Below are positions 31,788 to 42,600 of a stretch of 64,000 nucleotides of DNA, piece by piece (position 1 is the stretch's first letter; every line of letters begins with the position of its first letter). Location of the stretch: the NCBI GenBank assembly GCA_965223335.1, contig OZ244991.1, positions 256,001 to 320,000 of the forward strand. The letters run 5' to 3'. Both the position numbers and the translations under genes were made by a program. Under the pieces are notes generated by a model that did no database searches, was not told where the DNA came from, and saw only the letters and a list, made by a program, of their open reading frames with translations. Origin of the DNA: Thermodesulfobacteriota bacterium (GTDB lineage: Bacteria > Desulfobacterota_D > UBA1144 > Nemesobacterales > UBA2774).

Positions 31788-32501
31788 ATGATTGATAAAA
31801 ACATCGTACTATCGCAAATTTTAAAACAATGTGCTGAAGTAGGTACAAATAGCATTGGTAGAACCAAATTAGTCAAATTGGTTTACTTAACAGAATACGA
31901 ATATTATAAACAAACAAGAAAAAGACTCACTACTCTTAATTGGATATTTCACAAGTATGGTCCATATGCATTTGAACTATCTACCGATAAAATCGATTTT
32001 ATAGAAACTGAACATAAAGAACTTGATGCTATTCGAACAGCTAAGTTATTAAGTATTAGCAAAGAAAATAATACAGCAGGTCAGAATGATCCAATTGATA
32101 TTAGAGTAGAATCAATCATTAAAGACGAAGTGAAAAAGTGGCACGATTCAGATCTTAAAGAATTACTCAACTTTGTATACCATCACACTGAACCCATGCA
32201 AGATGTTCATCGGGGTGACATCTTAGATTTCTCAAGTATTAGTGAACCATATACACGAAAAACAAATCCGCTTTCTAAAAAGAAATTAGAAGAAATAAAA
32301 ACCAAACTTCGGAAAACATCTAAAAAAGAACCTTCAAAAGCCAAACCATTATATCCATTGCCCAGACTTACCCAAGAATGGCAAATGAAAATTCAAAAAG
32401 CTTTAGAATCTGAATTTGAAGATGAGCAAGAATTTAAGCTCAAAGATGCAAAATTAAATATTCCGATTGGAAAACTTAAAAATGCATTCGAAGAAGAATG
32501 A
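31788..32501 (+). CDS. Panacea (DUF4065/SocA-like) antitoxin
   Basis: GRTKLVKLVYL...LTTLNWIFHKYGPY and LLNFVYHHTEP motifs. Confidence 0.82.
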   Translation: MIDKNIVLSQILKQCAEVGTNSIGRTKLVKLVYLTEYEYYKQTRKRLTTLNWIFHKYGPYAFELSTDKIDFIETEHKELDAIRTAKLLSISKENNTAGQNDPIDIRVESIIKDEVKKWHDSDLKELLNFVYHHTEPMQDVHRGDILDFSSISEPYTRKTNPLSKKKLEEIKTKLRKTSKKEPSKAKPLYPLPRLTQEWQMKIQKALESEFEDEQEFKLKDAKLNIPIGKLKNAFEEE

Positions 32502-33178
32502 TTAGAGATTATTATTCCAAATCTAATAAATGGTATGATCACGATGAAAGATTAGAATTGAAAGTTGGACGTGTGGGATGGGCACCAATACTATTTACTC
32601 CTGCAGAGACTGAATTAAAAAAACTAGAGTTTGACAAAAATGGTACGGTAATTGGCACCCAAGATGTTAATCGATCAAACTCATTTAACAACTCACATGA
32701 TCCATTCGTAACACCATTCAGACTAGAAACAAATGAAGAAGTATTATGTATAAAAGCTAAAAAGAGACCTGTTTTATTATTAACACAGGCTGATCCCGGC
32801 ATAAAAAAAATAATCTCTAACAGCAGACAACTAGATAGAGACTTAAGGTTAGGTAAAGTTTGGCTTATACTGCCGATCAGAAGTTACAAAGATGATCATT
32901 TACAGGAATTAGTAGAGTCATTATACTTGCCTGTTTTCTTTCCTATGATTGGGAATAAAGCATGTCCTAAAAATCATGGCTATGTTAGGTTTGATAAAGT
33001 ACAACCCATTCATCAGACACTTATAGAGCCATCGCATTATACCATGTCTGAAGAGTGCCTAAACATTTTAAAAGAAGCTTATATTTCTTATACTACAAAT
33101 AAACAATACGGTGATACTTATCCATATTTACGAGATCTATTTATGGAATCTTTAAAAGAAGCTAAAATAATTATTTGA
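32498..33178 (+). CDS. PemK/MazF-like toxin (PanT candidate)
   Basis: AKKRPVLLL, LILPIRS, YVRFDKVQPI; 4-bp overlap with the Panacea gene. Confidence 0.65.
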   Translation: MIRDYYSKSNKWYDHDERLELKVGRVGWAPILFTPAETELKKLEFDKNGTVIGTQDVNRSNSFNNSHDPFVTPFRLETNEEVLCIKAKKRPVLLLTQADPGIKKIISNSRQLDRDLRLGKVWLILPIRSYKDDHLQELVESLYLPVFFPMIGNKACPKNHGYVRFDKVQPIHQTLIEPSHYTMSEECLNILKEAYISYTTNKQYGDTYPYLRDLFMESLKEAKIII

Positions 33179-33180
33179 CT

Positions 33181-33202
33181 TCCCGACGTCGGGATGATTT
33201 AA
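33181..33202. repeat. Right arm of inverted repeat flanking the TA pair
   Basis: Contains the perfect palindrome TCCCGACGTCGGGA, 2 bp after the toxin stop. Confidence 0.75.
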
Positions 33203-33215
33203 ATCTTTACATACA

Positions 33216-34277
33216 CTATTTCTCTACTAGCTTCAGTTTTGGTTCATTAAGCCATGACAATTTATTAACCGCTTTTGCTTTATGTTCATCACTTAGATGA
33301 CTGTATATCATAGTAGTAGTTATGCTTTGATGCCCTAACAATTCTTTCACTGTGGGAAGATCAACCCCATTCATAACGAGATGACTAGCAAATGTGTGTC
33401 TAAGAACATGTGGAGTTACATTCTTTAGCCCTGCCCTTTTGACAGCTTTAGAGAAACTATTCTTAAAGGACTTAATCATTTGACCGTTAGGGGCACAAAA
33501 GAAGTATTCTCTTTGATATTTTTTTCTGCGAGATGCTTTCCCTAATGGAGATATATAGTTGTCTCTTAAATAGAGTAGCGTTGTCTTCAATTCTTCATTC
33601 ATAGAGATTGTATAGTAATTGTTGCCTTTAGTATTCATAACCACTAAGACTGATCTATCGAAATCGGCATACTCTAATTTAAGTTCTCTTAGCTGTTTAG
33701 ATCTTAATCCTGTATTACGAAGGACTAATAGTATGTATTTCATCCACAAGGTAGCAGAATCAAGTAAATGATTTATCTCTATATTGGTAAGATAGCGCGG
33801 GGGTTTTCTGAACTCCTTTAGTTTCTTGATAGTCGGCAGAGCATTTATATAGTGCCAGTCTATATCTTTCTTAAGCATTACAGACAGGCAGGTTAGTTCT
33901 ATATTGATAGTTCTATTTTTGCGCCCTTCCCTTTGCCGTTTGGACTTATAATCTTCTATCTCTTTATTATCTATTTGTTGAAGCTGTAAGTCTCCAAAGT
34001 GATTAGACAAGGCTACTAGGCTAGTAATATCCCTTTCCCATGAAGCTTGAGCTTTATTTGCTTTGGAGTAATTTAGGTATTCCTGCGAGAACTCACTAAA
34101 TGTTATCGTCTTTGGTTCTATAACTCCTTTTGCATTATATTCGTAATCTAATTCCAGTTTTCTTAAATACTGTTTTGCATCCTTATATGAAACTCTACCG
34201 ATCCTTTTCCATTTGGTCTTACCATTAACATAAATTAACGCATAATAGGTCTTACCTTTCTTGGTTAATCCGGCCAT
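33216..34277 (-). CDS. Tyrosine recombinase/integrase of island A
   Basis: N-terminal arm-binding beta domain; TGLR, HVLRHTFAS, LLGH, TMIY catalytic motifs. Confidence 0.95.
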   Translation of the reverse strand: MAGLTKKGKTYYALIYVNGKTKWKRIGRVSYKDAKQYLRKLELDYEYNAKGVIEPKTITFSEFSQEYLNYSKANKAQASWERDITSLVALSNHFGDLQLQQIDNKEIEDYKSKRQREGRKNRTINIELTCLSVMLKKDIDWHYINALPTIKKLKEFRKPPRYLTNIEINHLLDSATLWMKYILLVLRNTGLRSKQLRELKLEYADFDRSVLVVMNTKGNNYYTISMNEELKTTLLYLRDNYISPLGKASRRKKYQREYFFCAPNGQMIKSFKNSFSKAVKRAGLKNVTPHVLRHTFASHLVMNGVDLPTVKELLGHQSITTTMIYSHLSDEHKAKAVNKLSWLNEPKLKLVEK

Positions 34278-34320
34278 AATTAGCTCCTTTTTCGCTTAGC
34301 CGGAAGGGTTGTTGCAATTA

Positions 34321-34352
34321 CAACTAGAAATTCACTAGAAAAACTCTAGAAA
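34321..34352 (+). repeat. Three CTAGAAA repeats, likely integrase arm-type sites (right end of island A)
   Basis: CAACTAGAAATTCACTAGAAAAACTCTAGAAA, 11-12 bp period. Confidence 0.6.
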
Positions 34353-34423
34353 TCTGACTTTTTAGGTGTGCTGAATGGACTTGACCTTAACTCTGAGAGT
34401 AAAATAAATCTTTAAGCAAATTG

Positions 34424-34549
34424 TCCTAAACAATCACATGATTTCAACAACTTGCGAGTGTGATAAGGTTAAGGTAAAATCGTACTAATTAAAAGCTCCA
34501 ACCCAAAAAAGTCCCCGTAGCTCAGCAGGATAGAGCACAGGATTCCTAA
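34424..34549 (+). repeat. attR of island A (126-bp direct repeat)
   Basis: Identical to 23901-24026. Confidence 0.95.
34452..34480 (+). promoter_or_regulatory. sigma70-type promoter of tRNA-Arg
   Basis: TTGCGA-17 bp-TAAAAT, also present at 23929-23957. Confidence 0.65.
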
Positions 34550-34587
34550 TCCTGGGGTCAGAGGTTCGAATCCTCTCGGGGACGCCA
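34511..34587 (+). tRNA. tRNA-Arg(CCT)
   Basis: 77 nt; acceptor stem GTCCCCG/CGGGGAC, anticodon stem CAGGA/TCCTG with loop TTCCTAA, T-loop GGTTCGAATCC, encoded CCA. Confidence 0.97.
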
Positions 34588-34611
34588 ATATTTTCAATGA
34601 GTTACTTCACA

Positions 34612-35691
34612 TCATTGTCCCTTAATCATTTCAATGTCAGTGGATTTGTCAGTTAATGATTTGGAGTTGTACTGATCTAGATATTCAACTGCATCAAATA
34701 ATGAACTTTCCGGATGACTGTATCTCATAGTCATTTTTAAATCACTGTGTCCAAGAATCCTACTCACAGCTACAATAGATGCCCCAGCTTCAATCATTCT
34801 AGTGGCTGCAGTATGTCTTAAATCGTGGAACCTTAAACCTTCTATTCTTGCTTTTTGACATGCTCTCCCGAATGCTCCCTTGATTGAATCATGATATTTA
34901 TATGGCAATCCATTACAGGATAAGAACACATATTTACTCCCTCCACCTTTAAGCTTTTGCTCTAACAGGACTGATCTTAATCTTGAATTAATAGGTATCC
35001 GTCTTGTTTTCTTACTCTTCGTATTTGTTTGATCAATAGTAATGACATTGTTCTCAATGTCTATATTGGACCATTTCAAAGTGAGTATCTCTGATTTCCT
35101 CATCCCAGTTTGAAGTGCTGTTAGTAAAATGGGTTTTAAATATTGGTTAGAAGATAAAAGCAATCTAATTTCTTCATCAATTGAAAGAATTCTTTCTTTA
35201 ATATTATTCTCCTGTAACAAGCCTGATATGGTTACTGGATACTCACCGTAATACTTTTTCCACCTCTTAGCAAGATTGTAAATCTGTCTCAATGTAGATA
35301 GTTCACGGTTTACTGTTGCGGGTTTAACTTCTTTTAAGCGAAGTTCCTTAAAATCATCGATGTCCTTTGGTGTTATAGATGATAGTTTTCTTTCACCATA
35401 CATCTCTAATAACTTGTACATGCTATATCGATACCTATCCCATGATCTTCTCTGCAAAATATCTTTTACATATTTTATGTATTCATCACTAAAGTCCTTT
35501 AATTTGGGGATATTAGCTTCCAACATATCGTATTGGCCAAGTTTGACTCCACGTTCTTTGTCTAGGAGGATTGATCGGGCCATGGATTTAGTCATCATTC
35601 CCTTTTTACCTATCGATTCTCGGCGCATTTTGCCATTGATATTACGATACTCGATAACCCATGAATTACCCCTCAGGAACACACTACCCAT
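34612..35691 (-). CDS. Tyrosine recombinase/integrase of island B
   Basis: TGMRKSE, RFHDLRHTAAT, ILGH, TMRY. TGTCAGT direct repeats (34635, 34647) lie in its 3' end. Confidence 0.95.
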   Translation of the reverse strand: MGSVFLRGNSWVIEYRNINGKMRRESIGKKGMMTKSMARSILLDKERGVKLGQYDMLEANIPKLKDFSDEYIKYVKDILQRRSWDRYRYSMYKLLEMYGERKLSSITPKDIDDFKELRLKEVKPATVNRELSTLRQIYNLAKRWKKYYGEYPVTISGLLQENNIKERILSIDEEIRLLLSSNQYLKPILLTALQTGMRKSEILTLKWSNIDIENNVITIDQTNTKSKKTRRIPINSRLRSVLLEQKLKGGGSKYVFLSCNGLPYKYHDSIKGAFGRACQKARIEGLRFHDLRHTAATRMIEAGASIVAVSRILGHSDLKMTMRYSHPESSLFDAVEYLDQYNSKSLTDKSTDIEMIKGQ

Positions 35692-35895
35692 TTATTTAGA
35701 CCTCCTTTTTTTAGATTCAGGCAACGAAGGTTCTATAATCTCGTACCCCTCCCGCTTCATCACTTCACGAATCCAACCTCTGACTACCTCAGAGGCTGTC
35801 ATCATATTATTCTCCGCATACTTTGCTAGGAATTCATATTCTGTAGGATGAAGCCAAACTTGAAAGATCTTATTTCGAAATCGTTTCTCAGCCAC
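35692..35895 (-). CDS. Small ribbon-helix-helix-like regulator upstream of integrase B
   Basis: KIFQVWLHPTEYEFLAKYAENNMMTASEVVRGWI beta-alpha-alpha pattern; the stop abuts the integrase ATG. Start uncertain. Confidence 0.55.
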   Translation of the reverse strand: MAEKRFRNKIFQVWLHPTEYEFLAKYAENNMMTASEVVRGWIREVMKREGYEIIEPSLPESKKRRSK

Positions 35896-36628
35896 TGTAA
35901 TGATAATATACTTACAAATATGTTTTGTCAATATGATATTGTTGTAATATTTAAGTATTTGTCGCCTTCCTAAATACAGACATCTTTTCAAAAAATATAC
36001 ATAGCTCTAGTTTGAGTTTATTGAGTTGGAATTACACAATAATTCAGAAATTTCTTCTACCACCAGAAATCGCCAAATAGTTACGCAGGATTAATTAGGA
36101 TTAATTGCTAGTAAGCACTGTTAATAACATAATATTGTATGTCTATATACACTAAATTAATAGTTCTTGACATACATAATCTTATTTGCTATTTTCGATT
36201 TAGAGCAAAGGGCAATAGTTGGTTTTGATTTCTGATTGATTTTTGATGGGTAAATCGTGTTAGAGGATGGGGTATCTTTCTAACCGTTAATTCTGAGTCG
36301 ATTATACAAACAGTTATATTCTGATCTACTTACTCAACCTACTCATTCCTACAGTTTTCAAACTATAATACACCTCTCTTACTGCCGGTTTACTGATCTA
36401 TACTGGAGGCAGTAATATGTTGCAGTACATTTTGTACCCCTCAGCTCTGTTGAGATCAACATTGTCTCTACCAGTTGATTCAATTAAGAATCTTCAACTC
36501 ACCTTCACTAAAACCAAGTTAATTAGTGTTCTGCATATTCATAATCCATTTTCTACAAACTTTATAAATCCAATAAACAATGTTTTAGATCAGCAAACTA
36601 TCTGCTATTACCTGGAGGGGAATGAAAA

Positions 36629-39600
36629 ATGAACTATCAAAATACTAGGTCAATAATCACACTACTGTGTCTATTTTTCATGGTAATGATGATACCCCGA
36701 TATGCGTTTGCAATTGGTGAGAACTACGATGAGTGGGGGTTTAAGAAGAACAAAACTTATATGCAGTTCTCTCCAGAGGAATATGTCAACCTGTTCTCGG
36801 GCAACTTAGTTTTAACACATACCGATGTTGTACTCCCAGGCAATGGCGGATTGGATCTAAAGATTCAAAGAACTTACAACAGCAAGATTTTCTCGGAATT
36901 GACTAACGTAGGTTTCACAATCTCCGGATCAGTATTTGGGAATTTGGGAGTAGGTTGGGAGATGCATTTCGGTCGCATCAACACATTAGGTTCAATTTTA
37001 CAAATCCAACATCCTATTTTAGTTGAGATGCCAGATGGATCCATTAAAACAGCCTTCACGAATGATCAGTCAAATATTAGTTCGAACATCGCCAGTAGTT
37101 ATGTAACAGAAGACTTCTGGTTCATTGATGGTTTCGATCACAACTCTGATCAGGTAATTGACGAGTATGTGATGAAATTGCCCGATGGCACAACATATAC
37201 ATTTGATCATAGAGTATCTAACTCACTAACATACAATAATTATTATGTGACATCCATTGATGATACAAATGGAAATACTATCACATTTGAATACTATGAC
37301 TGTTGTGGTTTTACAACAACTCCAGATACAGGAACCATAGGTTCATGTTCTCCCCATGGCCCAAATGATACTACATCCCGCCATCTTAAAAAAATTACGG
37401 ACAGTGTCGGTCGAGAAATACATTTCACGATGGATAATGCTACATGTCATGAAAATGCTATAAAGACTATTGATGTTTTTGGGGACATATATACCTACAA
37501 CTATTCTACAGTACTGGGTGTACCAGGAGGGGATAATCATGATGGCGGATCGGGGAAACTATTACTCGGAGTAGATCCCCCTGTCGGGCCGAGTTGGGAT
37601 TATGATTATTTAGCGCAACCACTTGACGGACATCCCGATGGCGAGTTAATCCAGATTACACATCCTTCGGGTGGTACCATAGACTATACATACGAAACAT
37701 TTGATCTAGAACTTTATGACCAATCAGGTAGTGGGAATACGGGTAATTTTAAATTCCGCGCTCTAACTTCACGTACAACATCTGGTCCTAATATAACAAA
37801 TCCAGGCACATGGACTTTTGATTACCATCCTACAGAAACCACCGATAAAACAACTGTTACTGATGCATGTGGGAACAAAGAGGTATACAACTTTTTCGGT
37901 CTTAGAACTGGTTCGTTTGGTGGTCTATGGAAAATCGGATTACTCGATTATAAACAAACGTTAGATGCTGCAGATAATCCAGTAGAGACAACCACTAATG
38001 TATGGAATTCTTATCAGATCTCGAATGAGGGGCAAGACAATATATCGTCGCCGTCTATAAACGGAACATATTTACCCCTACTTATTTCACAGGATATATC
38101 ACGGGATGGCAAAAATTATAGTACTACATTTACATATAATGAATTTTACGACTCCCCCACACAGATAATGGAAACAGGGGAGTTCACAAGAACTACTGAT
38201 ATTACATATTTTGAAAATTTAAGCTCAAACATTTTCGGCAAACCCGCCAGCACAACTGTTAATCAGAGTGGTGAATCGAAAGTAATAACCAACTCCTACG
38301 ACCCTGCAGGCAACCTAACGATGGAAAACCAATACGGTGTAATCACAGAGTATGGGTATTTCCCCGATGGCAATCTAAACTGGGAAAAGAACGCCAGGAA
38401 CTTCTATACCGTCTTTGATCTATATGATAATGGCCTTGCTACTGTCTTGAAATATGGCGCGACAGACAATGCAGGCGGATCAGCTATTTACACAGAAAAT
38501 AGGTCTATTAACTGGGAAGGAACTATAGCAAGCCATACAGATGGTAAAGGCAATACCACTTCATTCACATATGATGGGATCAATAGACTCACCCAAATTA
38601 CTCCACCACCAAGCGGCGAGGCTGTGACCGATATTGTATATGATGATACGAATGGACGATTTGATACTGTATCAAAAGGTAATTCGTCTCTACACACCAC
38701 GTATGATGGATTCGGCAGAAAAATAGGTACGCAAACTGCCGCGGGCGTACAAACGGAAATTCAATACGACGTATGCGGTAGAAAATCATACGAATCATTA
38801 CCCTACGATACCAACACACCAAACACCGGCAACAGCTACACATACGATGCACTCGACAGACTCAAGTCTATAACGCGACCCGATAGCACAGTTGTAAGCT
38901 ATACGTATTCAAGCGATGCTGACGGCAGCAAAATCACAGTCAACAACGAAAACAACCAAAACACGACTATGCATTATAAGGCATTCGGCGATCCGGATGA
39001 TAAGAGATTAGTTAAAGTCACAGATGCACTCACCAATGCTACAGGATACACATACGATCTATTAGGGAATATTGTGCAGGTAGGCTCACCTAATGGCACC
39101 TCACGGTCTTACTCGTACAATGATAAAAACTTCTTAGTGTCCGAGACTCATCCCGAGAGCGGAACAACTTCTTATTCACATGACGAGATTGGAAATGTGA
39201 CTTCAAAGATGAACGCGAAGTCAGAAACGACTAGCTACGCCTATGACCCTGTCAACAGACTTACCAACGTCAATAACCCGGGAGCTGAACCCGATGTTGA
39301 TTATGGATATGACTTTGCTAATAACAGAACATCGATGGTAGGGATACACCCCAACGTAGAACAGACTTATAACTACACGTATACATACGATGCCTCCAAT
39401 AGGCTTACGAACCAGGACGTTACCGTAGGCAGCGATGTCAGCTATAGCGTGGACTATGCATATGACGTTAAAAACAATGTTACAAGCATTATTTATCCAT
39501 CCGGTGAAACGGTCAATTACGACTATGACGCTCAAAATAGAATACTCAATATCTTAGATGGGACTAGTAACAACATATCTACCAATTTTAATTACATCGC

Positions 39601-42600
39601 ATCCGGTGCACCAACCCATTTCGAAAGTGTCTATGGTGTAGATTCAGACTTTACCTACGACACGAGACAGCGTCTTAAAACACTCCAGATCTCGAGAGTA
39701 TTCCCTTATCTCTTGATTATAAAAGAGGGTCTGGGTGACGGTACTGTTATCGGGACCGATAGTAGCTCAACTCAGGTTATCAATTGCGGTGATGTTTGTG
39801 CGATACAATCGCCGGCAGAAGGTGTTGAAATAACACTTACGCAAACTCCCGACACAGGCTCCAATTTTGTAGGATGGAGTGGGGATCCCGATTGTACTGA
39901 TGATATAGGTGATCCTATGATTACTATGCAGGGCACAAAAGTATGTATAGCTACATACGGAGATACCCCGGTACAAGTAGAACTCACAGTAACAAAAGAT
40001 GGGACAGGAACTGGTACGGTAACAAGTACTCCAGCTGGGATTGATTGCGGTGCTGACTGCTCAGAATTTTACAACGCAAATACAGAAGTCACATTATCCG
40101 CCAACCCTGCGGCAGGCGACGTATTCGCCGGCTGGAGTGGTGGAGCCGGTGACTGCGACGACGGTACAGTCACTATGGACGTTGCTAAAACATGTAACGC
40201 CACATTCAATACTGCTCCCCCGGGCGGTGGGCAATCCACACTTATGATAAATGCGAATGGCGGGGATGGTACTGGTACGGTCACCAGCAACCCTGCGGGC
40301 ATAGACTGTGGTGCGACATGTTCAAATGCATTCGATAACGGTACCGTAGTTGCGCTAATTGCCACCCCGGATACGGGGTCTTCGTTTATTGGCTGGACAG
40401 GGGATGCTGATTGTTCTGATGGACGAATAACTATTGATGCTAATAAATCTTGTACAGCCGAGTTTGATGACACAGCTCCTAATCAATACACATTAAATAT
40501 CGGTGTAACTGGAAGCGGGTCTATATCCAGCAGCCCAGCAGGTATTGATTGTGGTGCAGATTGCACTGAAAGCTTTGTAGAAAATACGGAAGTAGTGCTG
40601 TCTGCCGCTGCAGACACAGGATATACGTTTACAGGGTGGAGTGGTGACCCTGACTGTGCAGATGGTGTCGTATCTATGATTGCCGATAAAACGTGCGATG
40701 CCACATTTATAGCGTCTACGGGTATGACGTTCTCCTTAAGTGTGTTAATTGATCCTGCAGGCACAGGACTTGGTGATGTAGTAAGTAGCCCTGCAGGTAT
40801 AGACTGCGGTCCTAATTGTTCTGCGGATTTTGACGAGAATCAGAGTGTAATTCTAACACCTCTACCCAGTTTGGGTTCTACCTTCACTGGCTGGAGTGGT
40901 GACCCGGATTGTACTGACGACGGTGTAGGTGGTGTCGCTATTGTTAGCATGAATGCTGTTAAGAGCTGTACTGCTACATTCGATGTGTCTACTTTAGTTC
41001 AGCATCAGGTTTCTGTAACTAAAAGTGGTATGGGCTCAGGGTTAATTATCAGCAATCCATCCGGCATAGATTGCAGGGATGTTTGTGATGCTAACTTTGA
41101 TGAGAACTCCATTGTTACTCTAAGTGCTGTACCCGACCTCGGTTCCACATTTGTAGGATGGAGTGGTGATTGTGCCGGAACAGATGAAGATGTGTCGTTA
41201 ACCATATCTAATGCTGTAAATTGCAATGCGGATTTTGATGCTCTACCTATATATACATTCTCAATCGTAACATCCGGGACAGGTACGGGGACTGTAAAGT
41301 CAGAAAAACTTGGTATTGATTGCGGGACTGATTGCTCCGAGGATTACTATCAGGGCACTGAAGTCACGCTGATACCAACCCCTGATCCGGGCTCTATATT
41401 CATTGGTTGGAAGGGTGACAACGACTGCTTCGACGGGATTGTTACGATAACCAAACCAAATGCATGCGAAGCTATATTTGACTTGGTAGAAGTAGGTCAA
41501 TATGTGCTAACAATTAATAAGATCGGTGGTGGTGACGGAATAGTCACAAGTGACCCTGTAGGCTTAGAATGCGGGAACTATTGCCAGAAGAACTTTGATG
41601 AAAACACAGTAATTACTTTGACTGCAACTGCTGATGAATTATCAGAATTTGTTGAATGGGGTGCAGACTGCCCTGGTGGTGTAGTCACTCTCGATGCCGA
41701 TAAGACATGCGATGTCGGGTTTAAGGGAACAACATTTGCACAATTCCAAACCCTGGTACCATCAAATGTCCTGGATCAAACATTTGGAGCAGATATATCG
41801 ATAGATGGTGATACAGCAGTTATAGGAGCATTAGGTCATCCTTCTGGCGAAGTGATTGCGAAGGGTATAGCATTTGTTTTTGAGCGTGATAACAGTGGTA
41901 TTTGGAATGAAGTACAAATACTGGATCCTCGACTACCTGGAGAGGAATTATACTCTGGAGGTGGGTACAAGAGAGACTTTGGATCTAGCATATCACTTAG
42001 AGATGATGTTTTAGTTGTAGGATCACCGAGAGAATACAATGCAAGTACTAACTCAGATGGTGCAGCGTATATATACAGAAAAAACATGTTAGGTGTATGG
42101 GAACAAGCTCAGAAGTTAACCCCTACCGATGCTCTGGGTTTCGGCACTAAAGTACAAGTCCTTGGTGATAATATGGTGATTGGTTCATCTCGTGATGACG
42201 GGAGTAGAGGTGCTGTTTACGCATATAGGAAACAACCTTCTGGAACGTGGGTATTTTCTAAGAAACTATCACCTAGCGAGCTTGAACCCAACGAAGAATT
42301 TGGCAGTGATCTGGTTATGGATGGTGATTATCTCTTTGTTGCTAATCCAAACGATACGGGGTCCAACTATCAAGGTTCTGTTTATGTTTATAAATATGTT
42401 CCTGGGTTCGGTTGGGTTGAAAAGCAAGTACTGACATCTACTACTGAGAATGCACAAAACAGTTTTGGCACTTCTATTGAACTCAAAGACGATGTAGCAT
42501 ACATAGGCACTTACACAAACCAAAGTACAACATTTATGGATATTTACAGGCTCAATGGAGATAATGTTTGGACATATATAGAAAGGTATCCGATAGATGG

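Larger units (their letters stand above)
23901..34549. mobile_element. Island A: ~10.5-kb integrative, satellite-like element
   Basis: 126-bp direct repeats offset by 10,523 bp, terminal tyrosine integrase, primase, TA system, and visibly AT-richer sequence than the flanking genes. Confidence 0.9.

Noticed and set aside
36417..36632. 71-aa ORF upstream of the Rhs gene
   Set aside because: No recognisable motif; it probably reflects the AT-rich leader.
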